Source of the DNA: Minutocellus sp. GHC0000111
Taxonomy: Eukaryota
Assembly: GCA_977018835.1 (NCBI GenBank)
Contig: OZ361258.1
Span: forward strand, 3,038,001 to 3,102,000
Direction of reading: 5' to 3'
Length of the DNA: 64,000 nt
Positions 21,201 to 32,556 of the stretch are shown here, one piece after another. The number at the start of each line of letters is the position of its first letter. Within the stretch, counting starts at the first letter, position 1. The notes below the pieces were generated by a model. The model was not told the origin of the DNA. It searched no databases and saw only the letters and a list, made by a program, of their open reading frames with translations. The position numbers and the translations under genes were made by a program.

Positions 21201-22625
21201 ATCATCATCGCTCGAGTCCATGTCCACCGACATCGCTGCAGCATCACTAGTAGACTGGACTTTGGTAGTGGGTGGTGCATTGGCATTGCAAAGGTTGGCA
21301 TACTTGTCCTCCTCGCTAACATCATTACGGGAAGATGCAGAAAAAATCGGAGAAAGTGGTGTGGAATTAGCTGATGGTACCGACTTTCTCTGAATCGCGC
21401 TCGTTGATACCTTGGACGTTCCATTTTCTGAAAAAGGGGAATCCTCGGACTGAGGATTGGCCGCAGCAGCCGCCATGTCGACCGGTGGTAGCAGCCATCC
21501 CACCTTTTGCGCCGCCATTACTCGACCGGTGGCGACATCCAACTCCTGCTCTGCAGGCGACTTCTTGGTAGACTTGGCAGGTGCCTTCGACCGATCTTTA
21601 CCGTCGCAATCACTCGCAGGATGCTTCTCCTGATCACTTGACGCAGCCTTATTTTGGCCATCTGACTCGGATTCTGGACTGGAACGGCCAGGCCGGACGA
21701 AAATATCCTCTTCGCTTGGATTTACATACGGAGAGGGCGTAACAAAGGCGACGGAAGAAGATGTCCCCGTTATTGCTTGGGAGGGCTCGTTCGCGCAGTC
21801 ATTCATCGTCTTCGATATATCTTCTGACTTAGTACCAACATCGTTCTGATCATCTTCTCCGAACAGATTGCTGGTGTTCGTCTCGTCGCTGTCGGTGCGA
21901 AGGATCTTGAGCACGTTCGTCAAGCTCGGTGAGAGATTGGCCGTGGATGAAGCCGACGATTCGGAGATATTGGGTGCCGCAGCCGCCGCCGCTTTTGCCA
22001 CTGCAGCAGCGTCTAGCGCTAGCGACTGCGGCGAATCTTTCGCGCCCTTGGCGGAAGGTCTATGCGTACTGTTGCCGAGAACCTTGGCCCCGCAGAGAGG
22101 CAAATTGCAACCTGGCCGACCCACTTTGATGCCATGCTTGTGACTCTTTCGAGCAACTCGTCTCTTCACACTTCCCATCAGTTTGCTACCGCCAGAACCT
22201 GCCGTCGAGCTCTGACCAGCAGCGATATCCCCTATGTCGCTGTTCGATTCCGTTGGTATTGACTTGCCGGGACCGCTCTTCTTCTTTTGGTGGGGAGGGT
22301 CCAATTTCATCTTCGAACCAACAACGTTCCTGGACTTGGCCTTGGCGGTGACCGACCGAGTAACATGAGCAGATTCTGGTTTCTTCGCCTTGGCGGTAAC
22401 CGATCGGGTAATGTGAACAGCCTCGGGCTTCTTCTCGACGTCGCTGGCGTCATCACCAGTATCAGCTCTCGACTTTTTCTTGCCCGACGCGGCGGCAGTA
22501 CGCATCTGCTTGCTTGATTGGCTCCGAGTTGCTCTTCTTCCGACGACCGGCTTTTCTTTTACTTGGGCACGCCCATTCCTACTGCCGCTATTTGGCCCAA
22601 CAACCAAACGAATCACGGAGACCAT
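18300..22625 (-). CDS. Large, mostly disordered protein with PDZ domain, helicase-associated (HA)-like domain, RanBP2-type Zn finger, AT-hook-like motif and coiled coil; start uncertain
   Basis: LEKPIGLSL...GPAHKSGMIRVGDVLAAVSG (PDZ); LFQWAECQR...LLNDIDFDW (HA-like); WRCPNCQHAN...CGSC (RanBP2); RPRGRPP; CSINGC...C..H. Confidence 0.75.
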   Translation of the reverse strand: MVSVIRLVVGPNSGSRNGRAQVKEKPVVGRRATRSQSSKQMRTAAASGKKKSRADTGDDASDVEKKPEAVHITRSVTAKAKKPESAHVTRSVTAKAKSRNVVGSKMKLDPPHQKKKSGPGKSIPTESNSDIGDIAAGQSSTAGSGGSKLMGSVKRRVARKSHKHGIKVGRPGCNLPLCGAKVLGNSTHRPSAKGAKDSPQSLALDAAAVAKAAAAAAPNISESSASSTANLSPSLTNVLKILRTDSDETNTSNLFGEDDQNDVGTKSEDISKTMNDCANEPSQAITGTSSSVAFVTPSPYVNPSEEDIFVRPGRSSPESESDGQNKAASSDQEKHPASDCDGKDRSKAPAKSTKKSPAEQELDVATGRVMAAQKVGWLLPPVDMAAAAANPQSEDSPFSENGTSKVSTSAIQRKSVPSANSTPLSPIFSASSRNDVSEEDKYANLCNANAPPTTKVQSTSDAAAMSVDMDSSDDDYDEVVLGQTVHRIQPASAAATARANVAASMNMLDELARENGGSSDPSKTIPVQDNADNGSNSSEDRQSKAEISMERTAPVEESAMSAPPTEPPRIQRQPRPPCFTVQLEKPIGLSLMQKRSGLYTRVKALQPNGPAHKSGMIRVGDVLAAVSGEDVRTKSLNDVLYEINKAGSSVTLIFLSKEALKGRVAKTGDTDSSVKSNVGTASDDSQSTSNVKKAPSKSAAPKDDNLGHKKVEKGAPPVNDTKNRVEENQAKMDMAKRIAKKRVEEENRRKAATSNATNNAEGNSCKKRTSTWSDKDTATTDSSSAGTKKSTSDTDPSKRATSNGNTKEAKADSKSSPPRPPPAEAAKASPISADNDASTDVPVITKDCVLQRPDGSWSAYVLRADQTYGLGPFVKKEIASVALGSFQFYIQIESRSTHGVFSVEMLDRARKLTMHVMSLADNDNAGRINWSEWHRLMHWNAKYRQVCIRKSGDDAAALVDNEDALFQWAECQRKLFRNEDPSLTTQMKILLNDIDFDWAGGQDDIEDTRAAEEIAAEEEGKCSKRSSDNNPEAIEAGAAALSHAPSPPPEHPSLTQPSSPGKQGSGNNAKSPSEEEGWRCPNCQHANRKVLKGCGSCHKLRPGYERPKRKGQVPVKCRWSLRKPHPSNKDDEPTANSSIQKFDNRTRKSLRSRPARKNTLSGIVRTKVTVSTSNKSATNGRKRPRGRPPKQLCSINGCRERMGIKCNGMCLAHFRESSTDAGKNIDDSATNQEERPGGGDVEADANGGDDEFEFVADDPDAETVRERSHNALDIPAITHRSRSARTRKRASNGDVETDRNAPSKRPRRYLDNSGTLTERKSKGKKKPQSDSEEDEKDIDGVKRQRSIAQVKARMYRIQAKGYMAEMEVQEEVHIQKQRADRRRLEKTKEESSEKDSELDDKDRLLEIIKSLLPGEEDVRAEKRGNIRSIRELLDDADVRDS

Positions 22626-23158
22626 GATTTGCAGCAGGCACGGTATGTGTTGGATTGACAGGGATGACTGCACCTCGGCAGATGTCTGTTGGCGCCAAGC
22701 TTGACGTCTGCTCTTTGTGCCCCTTTCTTGACCGGACAAAAAGATACGACGCTATGATGCTGCGTATCAAGATCAGAGGTAGTATGTACCGAAATTGGGC
22801 GACGATATGTCGATCAGTACCAGCAGATGGTGACAATAACCGACCTTGGCTCACGAGAAAGGTTGTGGTGAGCAACGCAACGAGGCGAGTCGTCAGGCAC
22901 ATCAAAGATGCGTCGGCCGGTCGTCGCTGGACATGATGCACTAAAATTCGAAGGCGGATTTGTGAGGCATGGTTCGGTGATCCACTAAAACGGGTCTGTC
23001 CTCGGAGGGAGCTCCCAAAAAATCTTTCCTGTCATAGAGAGTTCGAGGACGATCATCTGAACGTTTGGCCACACTTTACTACGTAGCTAGCGCCTCCTGA
23101 AGGTTCTTGTAGACGTCGAAATACTTTATACCTCTACACCAGAGACAAAGCTATGGAT

Positions 23159-24334
23159 CTAAATTACTTCCCCATCTCCTCCTTCATCGAAAACATGTTC
23201 CTTTGGGCGGTCAGGGAAGCAGCAATTATTTCCTTCTCCACCTCCTTGCACCCCTCCCTCGCTCTCATCCTTGGCATCAAAAGTCATAACGACGCAATCA
23301 TTGAAAGCGTTCTCCATCTTGACTAGCAAATCGCTCTCGACACCACCACCGGCCTTGCTCGTCAAGCCGTCGATTTGATTCGCAACTAGATGCGGTATGA
23401 TCTTTAGGACGGCATTGGTCGGGTCCGTCCTCCCCTCGTTGCTGAGAATTCGGTCGTCGTATCCATGAAAGTTATTGCCATAGACGACAACGTTGCCGCT
23501 CCACAACAGCTCGCCCCAGTTCGCCCAAAGAACGTTGCTATACAACCGCATGGGACAGTGAGGCATATAAAAGAGGGTGCGCTTGCCATTGCTTGCTGCT
23601 TGTCGCTTGCCACGCTCATTCGTTTCAATGATATCCACAAACAGCACATCTTTCAGTATTGTCCGTTCCAAATCGGTCATGAGCGGTTCAAAGAAGAGCA
23701 TTTTCACCGAACCCTGATGTTTAGAGTTCATGTTGCCACTATCGCCGGAATCATTTTGTTCTTTCAACTCATCTCTCGAACAATTAATTGCCAGATGCTT
23801 CCGACCGACCAGAGCCAATGCTAGCTGCAGCATCGGGGCAGATGGATATCGAGGGAAAGAGTATGACTCTTCATCGGACCCTGATAGCGGTGGTAGAAAA
23901 TTTCCAATGCCGTAGCAAACGATTTCACCATATTCTTTGTTCGCTTTGCTTGTATCGTCGTCCTTGTCATCCTCTTCAACGCCACCAGATGCTGTCAATG
24001 CTTGGAGCAGATGGGTGACGTAGGGATGTCCTTCGAGATCCTCCATTATTTGTACGATAGACCGCGCAACTCCATTTTGGATATGATGCAGCTGTTCTTC
24101 GGTCATCTTGGCAAGTGCATTGCTGTCGTCTTGGCCATCCTTCTCCTTCGCAACACTCGACGAGGCGTAGAATGAGGATTTCGCGGCAGCACGAGACGAG
24201 CTAGAAGTTAGTGTCGCGTTGTTGCGATAATTCCTTCCTCTTCGCCGCCCGACCGATCGCTTATCATTCTTGCGGTTGTTCTTGCCGCCTTTGCCGGCAA
24301 CATAGGTCCACTGCTCTTCCTCGTCACCACCCAT
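23159..24334 (-). CDS. SRR1: SRR1-like protein
   Basis: IVCYGIGNF, QLAL, FFEPLM, NERGKR, TLFYMPHCPMRLYSNVLWANW, GNNF are SRR1-domain motifs. Confidence 0.88.
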   Translation of the reverse strand: MGGDEEEQWTYVAGKGGKNNRKNDKRSVGRRRGRNYRNNATLTSSSSRAAAKSSFYASSSVAKEKDGQDDSNALAKMTEEQLHHIQNGVARSIVQIMEDLEGHPYVTHLLQALTASGGVEEDDKDDDTSKANKEYGEIVCYGIGNFLPPLSGSDEESYSFPRYPSAPMLQLALALVGRKHLAINCSRDELKEQNDSGDSGNMNSKHQGSVKMLFFEPLMTDLERTILKDVLFVDIIETNERGKRQAASNGKRTLFYMPHCPMRLYSNVLWANWGELLWSGNVVVYGNNFHGYDDRILSNEGRTDPTNAVLKIIPHLVANQIDGLTSKAGGGVESDLLVKMENAFNDCVVMTFDAKDESEGGVQGGGEGNNCCFPDRPKEHVFDEGGDGEVI

Positions 24335-24766
24335 TTCTTGCTGTCGATGGCCGCCTGCGCTGCTGACTGCCTCGAAATGAAAAGTGAAAGAAGATAGACG
24401 ACGGCCTGAAGGACAGACGTATCAACCGTTGTGGTTTTTGAGGAGTTCGACGTTCGACTCATTTATTTGGGACACGTGATCGAGATCGTTCATGAGCTCT
24501 TCGAGCATCTCAGTCGGCAGAGAAGAGGGGCGGCTACAGAGTCAATTAGTTGCAACCATGACGGTGTACTCACGCCAAGATAGCCGCTGTCGACGGCTGG
24601 TCCGTCTGCGCCCGGAAAGTTGCTCTTGTCGTGTCGATGCTGCAACATCTTTTCGAGCCGATCGATTTAGCCCATCGCTCCCGCCAACCCCGAGGAACAA
24701 TGGAAGAAGCAGAGAAGACATTGGCATTACGACTACAAATCCGATCGATGAGCAGGATACAGTGAA

Positions 24767-27700
24767 GATGACATCCAGGCAACCCTACTCTCAAACATCT
24801 CATAACTGGCACACATCGACAAGAGGTTGTCGCCGGCCTGCTGCAAAGTCATATCATGTGCCATTCTTCGCGTATCTACTTTGCCTCCTGCTCTTTCGCA
24901 CGACCTCTCCATTTATGGGACCACCATCCTCCAGCATATTCTTTGCCCAAGCAGAGCCAGCAGCGGCAGCAACTGTACACAACGATGTCAATCCTAGGAC
25001 TGATGACAATATAACTCGCGACCTTCAATTTGGACTTAGACCTCGACCAAACTTCAACCGCATGCAATACTGCTCCCGTCTAGCAGCTTTGCAACAAATG
25101 CAGAGATTCGACCAAGAAGCTGGTCAAGAAAGGGAAATGCAGCCCACAAAAGAAGCGTCGAAAATGCAAGGCAAAGTTCAAGGGGTGCTTAAAACCTCGT
25201 AATCCAGGTCGGCGGCAACGCATAGCCCGCAAATTCGAACAGCATTGTGACAATCGATTGCTGGTAAAGAAGCCGATCCAGAACGTCTTTGTCCATTCAA
25301 ATGGGCGCAGACGTAGAGGTAGATCTCGCTTTGACTACCGCAAGATGTTACTTCGAGACTGGTGTCCCATTCCCAATCTAAGGGCTCGACGAAACAATGG
25401 TGGAGGAGGGGGTCCCATTGCACGGGATAATTGTGGAAGAGAGGTCGAGTACTTCGAAGAATTCGAGGTGGAACTGGACTTGTACTGTCCCATCAACGCG
25501 TTGGTTCAGCCGGAGCAACCTCAAAATGAGCGTGATTTGATGGAAGCGGGCCTCTTAGAATATCTCAACACGGAGTCTGCCTGTGAGAACATTGTGGAGA
25601 GCCAAGGAGACGAATGCGAACAGATTATATTCGAAACCTCGACCATCATTGAAGTTATTGTTGGTGAAGACTGCCGGCCGGATTATGAGAGTTTGGGAAT
25701 CCCATTTCCTGCTCGGAGGCTCCTTGGTACTGATACCAGCGAAAGTGAAACCAACCATCGTGGGCTTCAAAGACGACGAAAGACACGAGTGAAGAAGCGC
25801 ACATCAGGTCGGTGCCGAACTCGGAAAAAGAAATGTCGGCGAAAGAAAAAGCGCCGATTCCTACGAGCATCTTTCGACACCGAACGTGGTTTTATATTGC
25901 TTTCTCAGAAAAATAAGATCGAATCGCCATCGATTTTTGCTGTTGACGCGAGGGGTCTCCAGACGACAGTTCCACTACCAAGCCCAGTGGAGTGCGCTCA
26001 GAATACCATCACGGAATCGATTGTGTCGCAAGAACCAATTTTATTTCGTCAAATCGTAAACGATGAAGAGATTTCTTTCGAAGAGGATATTCCATGTGGA
26101 CCCCTTTCAGACGAATGTGTATCTAGCTTTCGTTGCTGTCGCACTGCGGGGTGCAAATGTGACGTAGGTTCCGAGACAAGCTGCAATGCTGGCACGATTT
26201 TCGGAGAGGAAGTTAGCCAATGCTACCTAAACAAGAATGGGCTGCCGGGGACCATAAGCAGCATTGAGGACAATCTTTGCTGCGATATCGACCCCGGTCC
26301 TCCAATTGCTTATCGATACGAATGCGCTGAAGGCATTTGCGACCCACTTCCGGTAGCAATTTGTTCCTCCCAGGAATGGATTGTCCCAGTAAATCAGGCG
26401 CCAAGAGAAGGGACCTTTAGAATTGAGGTTTTGATTGATATTTTCGACATCTGCCCCGAGACTCTAAGCAACATCAACAATGCACAGAGTATCTTGCAGT
26501 CGACGATGGAACAGTTTTTCAGAAATGCGATCCAATTTTCTGGCTGCAATACTTTTGTCCAAATTACTGCCGTTCAAATACTATCAACGGATACCAGTGG
26601 ATGTGGTGTCGGTGGTTCGCAGTTCTGTCTCAATCCTAATAATGGTCAGGGGGAGCCCTGCGTCGGTGTGAGAGCGAGAATCGATGGAACTTACACCAAG
26701 TGAGTAGGCCTACTAGATTATGGGCCAGCCATGGGTGGGGGCCAATGGTTCTTTTGGTTGTGAAGGCTAACACATCATTATTCTTGTTTTGTTATTCCTT
26801 TGCCTTTTATAGCGGTCTCCGTCCCAACGCGTTCCCTGAAACCATCTTCTACGATGATTTTGCATCTGCACGTAGGCTCGAGAGCGGCGATTCCGTCGGC
26901 ACATCGCGTATGTTGGACACGGTTCAATATCCGATCTGTGATGAAGTTCAGCTGAGGGGTCTCACTGGTGCTGTTACATGCATAATACGAGACACAAACA
27001 CAACTAAAACACTGAACACACCTCTACCAACGCCCGGCCCTACAATATCACCGTCTGGTCGGCCGAGTTCGCACCCAACTGCATCACCAACAGCAAGTCC
27101 GGAGGCATCACCGTCATTTGAACCTACAATAAAGCCAAGTTCCAATCCCTCCGGATCACCCACACCATCCCCAACAAAGCAACCGAGCTCATCGCCGTCG
27201 GTCTCGCTAGAATCGTTGCCAAGTTCTTTTCCTTCTTCTCTTCCGACTGCACGTCAAAGTAGCAGCCCGTCAGCTTTGCCGAGCCCTCCACCTTCTGCCA
27301 ATCCCACAAAATTATCGGGTATGCCGTCATCTGATCCAAGTGGTTACCCCTCAATTGCTCCGTCAAGGTGAGAATAGATTGGTTTAAGTTCGGTGTTGAA
27401 AAATCTCGTTTTCTTATTTTATCTTTGGCTAAATGCTCGTCGCCTCCTTCCTTGTGCCTCCTCAACATTTGATATGTCTATCGGATACTATTTTCTTCTC
27501 TTGGTTGTCTCGAAATTCAGTTGCGCATAGTTACCCCTCGCAAGAACCAAGCTTGTTGCCTTCCAAAACACCATCTTTATTGCCAAGCTCAATGCCCAGT
27601 TCTTCACCATCGTTCTTGCCAAGTTCATTGCCCAGTTCCTCACCTTCTTCATCACCAAGCAATGACCCGAGTTCCCTGCCATCTTTACAACCAAGCCAAA

Positions 27701-29325
27701 TGCCATCGACCTGTGACGATGGCACTGGTGTTGGAAGCTGTACAGAGCTCAAAGAAAGGATTCTAAATGCGACAGATCCAAATAATCGTGCGGAAATTGA
27801 ATTGTGCAACGATATACTCTGCACTGAAGATCTGGACATGACGAGCACATACTTTCGTTTGTCATGCCGCTATCCACCCTGCGAGATTGATCTCAACGGC
27901 AACGGCTTTGTGACGCAGGACAATGGCGGCGCCGGATCCGATTTCTATGCAATCTTTGAGGACTTGACGATTACGGGTGGAGATGCAGTGAGTTGCAGAG
28001 TGGTGCTTCAGTATGTTGAAATGACTTTTTGTTGGATCCTACAAGACATTGCCCTTATCTTATCTTATTCTTTATTATTTCCTGCTTTATATTCAACGTA
28101 GGAAAACCGACAAGCTATCCACCAGGTTTCCGGGTCAAAGAAGCGCGGAGGAGCTATATCTGCTCTTGGTACTAGAAATCTCACTTCTTGTGTTGAGCTC
28201 ATCAATACGACAATACGGGATAGTCGTGCTCCAATTGGAGGAGCAATATACGCGCGAAATGGGGGGCTCATTATTCGTGATTCCCAATGTCTCAACAACA
28301 CCGCAAAGAATGGAAGAGGCGGTTGTGCGCGCATCGCAGGATACGGAAATAGTACAATCGAAGGGTCCCACTTTCAGTATAACTGCGCCCAAACTTCTGG
28401 CGGCGCGCTATACTATTTTAATGGGATCTATGAAACGCCAGAGGAGGTGGGAGTGCACATGATCTCCAATTCACTGTTTGCCGACAATGAAGTCAAAGAA
28501 TCATATGGCGTTGGTGGTGCCATATCCATTATTTTCTCTGGTGAATATTCCTTCAACAGTGTAGAATTCCGTCGCAACTCTGCTGGTGATGTCGGGGGAG
28601 CATTATATTTCTCCGAGGAGCCATTTGATGAAGAGAGACGACGAAGCCTAGCAGAAGCGAAGCCTCGCGATCATAGAAAGATCGCAACGAGTCTAGAAAG
28701 CAATAGTTTATTTCGAAGACGACTAGAAATACCAACGGATCCGCCGACGAGCGAACCGAGTGCAGCGCCATCGGTTACTCCCACATCCCGTCCTAGTACG
28801 ACCCCAACAACGAGACCAAGCTCAGAGCCGAGCAATGTGCCCTCAAATGAGCCGAGCATCATCACGCCTTCTTTTGAAGCACGATTTGTTGGCGCCAAGT
28901 TTGCTGATAATGTTGCAAGAGGAGAAGAGTACTTTCCTGCAGGCCATGATATTTTCATTGAAGGAGGTGGGTGCGACGGACCTTGTGATCCCTATATCGA
29001 GATTACTTGTGACGATTCGACTGAATTCTGCGATGCTTGCAATACTACCGACTTTACGTCAACGATATGGGAATATGATCATGATGGACCTCCTGAAATT
29101 TGCACCAACAGCATTCGGGATGAGAACAAAACGTGTATTGGAGACACATGCACTATCAACACGTGCGACGAATATTTCATCCCAACAAATGTTACTTTTG
29201 ATGGTGATCCTAAGAAATGCTGCATCGAGGGTGGATCAGCTTGCTCCGAAGATGGAGATGATAGGTGTTGTGAAGGCTACGAGTGCTACGACGACGTCTG
29301 CCTCGAGATAGAGGAACCGCTGTAG
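24767..29325 (+). CDS. Large secreted/cell-surface protein with RxL motifs, Cys-rich and basic segments, PS repeats and GGAI/FxxN beta-helix repeats; 4 exons plus an apparent frameshift near 25083
   Basis: GT-AG introns 26700-26812, 27368-27530 and 27988-28101 join the frames exactly. Exon 4 reads RGGAIS..IGGAIY..SGGALY..FADN..GGAIS..FRRNSAGDVGGALY. Hydrophobic N-terminal segment. Confidence 0.7.
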
Positions 29326-29668
29326 CGGTAGCTGTGGCATCTATTGATGGAGCTACTCTAGTTTCAATGCAGCTAACGCAACTGCCAGTAGATATACATT
29401 TAGGTCAGAGTTGAGTTACTACCGGTACCGGTACATTCACCGCCTGCCTCCAGGGGGTCGAAGCAGTCAAGAGGTTGCAAGACCGCAAGAAGTCTCCGGG
29501 TTTCTTTGGGTGTTTTCATTCAGTCAGCCATCGATTGTTCCTCACCTGACGGCACTTTGCGCCTTGGCGATGGCTGCATATCTTCTAGCTACTAGCTAGT
29601 ACTAGTAGTAGGAATTCCTACGTTGTGCGTTGTATCATTTGCACAACCACCGATGCCCACAATAAAAT

Positions 29669-31294
29669 ATGGAAGAAATCTCCGATGACGACTCGTTCAA
29701 GTCGGCATGCTCGGCGACATCCATCGAGGAGCCGTCTTCGCCGCATACGCATGCTCAGTTTCCATCAAATTCTCCACGCCAAAGTGCAGTGAGCGAACAT
29801 CGTCGAGATGATGCGAATTCGGTCGCCGGTGGTGATGACCACGATGAATCATCGTCGCTGGCCGAGAGCGTCGCAAGCTTATCGGCGTCAACTTTATTTC
29901 GATCGGAGAATTCTACTCTTGACCAATGTGGAAATGGCAGCGTGGTGGGTAGGAAATTCTCAGCTGCTGCAGCGGCGCCTCACGACCACACAGGTCCCAA
30001 TGCGGCAAAGAGTTGTAACAGTGATGAAGACGGCGCATCATGCAACAGCAAAATGCAGAGACCGCTGCCACAGCGACTTCCAACAAAGCAGCTCAGCCAA
30101 ATGAGAGCCAAAAGCAACAAGGATTCGTGGAGGTTGATAACTAGCCGCACAGAGACAACAAGACCGATCGTTTCCTCGACATCATTTAATCAGGATGTAT
30201 CGTGCGTCTGTATCGGTACCGAAAGGGGGTTTCGGATACGAACAATAGTGCCGCCGAGCGGATGCAACGATAACATGGTTCATCAATGCCATATTCCTGC
30301 TGGTGTTGCATTATGCCAGATGTTATACGGAACGTCTCTGTTTGCCATAGTGAATACCGCAACACCACGGACCTTGTCCCTTGTAAATGCCTGGACGGGA
30401 GAAGTATTGAGAGACCTACACTTTGTGGCGTCAGTCCAGCGAGTGGAAATGAATCGCAAGATTTTTTGCGTACTGGCAGCGGATGGGCAATTGCATGTTT
30501 TCAATTTAGCAACTTTACAACTCATCAAGAGCATTGGGGTTATCCATCCATCAGATCCTGCACGAGGAATTGAGGGGCCCAATGCATCGACCGGTGGGGC
30601 ATTCTTTGCAATATCGAACGTTGAAGATGAGCAGTTTGTTGCGTGCAGATGCAAAAAGAGACTGGGGTGGGTGCGTGTTTATAGAATTACGGAACAGATG
30701 GGCATCCAGCTAGCTCCCATCGGTGCGTTTGATGCACACAACCATTCCATATCTCGAATAGCAATTGGTGGACCTAAGGGGAAGCAAAAACTCGCAACGG
30801 CTTCTGAAAAGGGAACCGTGATTAGAATATTTGGGCTTGGATCCAAGTTTGGCAAACTTGACGTATTACTACGTGGATCGAGTCCGTGCGCAATGCATTC
30901 TATCGCATTCAATTCAAATGCAAGCCTTGTGGCGGCGTCATCTTCCACTGGAACAATTCACATCTTTCGACTTGAAGATGAACTCCATACTAGCGCTTCA
31001 ACAGTCACTGCGAAAGAGAAAGCAGCTCACAAATTGAACCTTTCTCGTCTTATTCCAGAGGCCGTGTCTGATCAAAGGGACGGCAAACGGTCGTCCGCAA
31101 AGATATGGCTCAAGTCGATCATTGCTTCTCAGCCGTTATCACTGGCATTCTTGCCTTCCAATCAACTTGCCGTTCTTACAAACGAGGGGGTTATTCAAAG
31201 ATTTGTTGTTGATAGTAGCCAAGGCAAACCAATTCAAGTGGCATCGGAGGATGCACTTTTTGAAGATAGTAATTTGACCTATAACCGGGCTTAG
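29669..31294 (+). CDS. ATG18: ATG18/WIPI-family PROPPIN WD40 protein
   Basis: SFNQD..C..IGT..GF, AH.HSI, LATASEKGTVIRIF, LRGS, SSSTGTIHIF motifs. Confidence 0.85.
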   Translation: MEEISDDDSFKSACSATSIEEPSSPHTHAQFPSNSPRQSAVSEHRRDDANSVAGGDDHDESSSLAESVASLSASTLFRSENSTLDQCGNGSVVGRKFSAAAAAPHDHTGPNAAKSCNSDEDGASCNSKMQRPLPQRLPTKQLSQMRAKSNKDSWRLITSRTETTRPIVSSTSFNQDVSCVCIGTERGFRIRTIVPPSGCNDNMVHQCHIPAGVALCQMLYGTSLFAIVNTATPRTLSLVNAWTGEVLRDLHFVASVQRVEMNRKIFCVLAADGQLHVFNLATLQLIKSIGVIHPSDPARGIEGPNASTGGAFFAISNVEDEQFVACRCKKRLGWVRVYRITEQMGIQLAPIGAFDAHNHSISRIAIGGPKGKQKLATASEKGTVIRIFGLGSKFGKLDVLLRGSSPCAMHSIAFNSNASLVAASSSTGTIHIFRLEDELHTSASTVTAKEKAAHKLNLSRLIPEAVSDQRDGKRSSAKIWLKSIIASQPLSLAFLPSNQLAVLTNEGVIQRFVVDSSQGKPIQVASEDALFEDSNLTYNRA

Positions 31295-31412
31295 GTCCGA
31301 GCTAGCGCTGGAGAATACATTGGTAGATGGATAGATAATTTTTGCTACTAGTAGCTAGCTCTATTATGCAATGTAAATATACAGATGGGGACAGTACGGT
31401 AGAAATGGGGAT

Positions 31413-32153
31413 TCATAGCATTTGGATCATATCATTGTTGCATTCCATTTCGCATGCAGTGACATTTTGGTCCTTTGCCCAGGGTAGATTGGAATACTCG
31501 TGATACGCGCTACAATATGCCCCTTCCTCGGGCAAATAGCCTTGGCCTGCCGTTGCAAACACCAAGAGCAAGGCCCACCAAGCAAGCACGATGTCAACGG
31601 CATAGTGAGCCCGAGTAGCTGCAAGACAAAGAGAGTACAATAGAACGCAGGGGATAATGGCCGAGAGAGGGAAGACGCCAAGGGCGACACCTATGCGCAA
31701 ATAAAGACCAAAGTGAAAGGTGTGATTGCTCATTAATTTGTCGGCGTCGCCACCAAAGATCGCCAGGCCATCGGCGTGATTGGAGCTTGGTAGTAGTGTG
31801 ACGGAATGAAGGGACGACGAAAAGAAATTGCCAATGGCACTGTAGACGCAGGCCTCCTTGGCGATGATGCCTGCGGATCCACCTGTCCAATAGATGAGTT
31901 GAAGAAGGTGACCGCAACCGGCCAGCAGTATGCCATCTGTCAGATACACCATCCATTCTAGGCGAGGAATGAGCTCGAATGCTCGATCATGCAGTGGCTC
32001 TTGTGGCTTGCGTTTTCGAGCCCAGTCCTCGCTTGCATATAAAGTAATGAAATAGAAGACTGAAGATCCAAGCCAAAGGTACAGCCAACCGTTGCCACAA
32101 GTGAGCTCGGGCATCGAAATGCCGGCGGAGAGAGGAGACTGGTCAAGCGACAT
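31413..32153 (-). CDS. Sphingomyelin/IPC synthase-like (PAP2_C) membrane protein
   Basis: PLHD.AF..IP, D.LMSNHT and R.HYAVDIV motifs (His/His/Asp triad); about six hydrophobic segments. Confidence 0.75.
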   Translation of the reverse strand: MSLDQSPLSAGISMPELTCGNGWLYLWLGSSVFYFITLYASEDWARKRKPQEPLHDRAFELIPRLEWMVYLTDGILLAGCGHLLQLIYWTGGSAGIIAKEACVYSAIGNFFSSSLHSVTLLPSSNHADGLAIFGGDADKLMSNHTFHFGLYLRIGVALGVFPLSAIIPCVLLYSLCLAATRAHYAVDIVLAWWALLLVFATAGQGYLPEEGAYCSAYHEYSNLPWAKDQNVTACEMECNNDMIQML

Positions 32154-32556
32154 GATTTTCTTTCTTTTTCAATAGAGTGCAACTTTGTGGTTATCTGCTC
32201 CTTTCACGTTGGATTTGGTTCCTTTTTCCTTAATAGCACGGATTGGTCGGCACTTCGCCTGCTACTTTGCAACTTGCTTCACTTTGCTTTGGCGCCTTGG
32301 CACTGACATCTTCGTGCGTGGAGGCTTGTGCTCTGCTTGCTTCGCAGCACTTGTGCTGCTTCGCTCACCCAGATTTCTTCAACAACGGGCGACGGAAAGA
32401 ATGCTTTGGATGGAGCCGGAGGACGCACGGCCGCCGGTGGGTGGAGTCAAGATCGCACTTCCATTCTACGTAGCTAGGAGGTTCTAACTCGCTTAAATTA
32501 ATGTTATATGAATACTCTTTCCCAATACCGATGCATATACCGGTAGATTTATCTGT

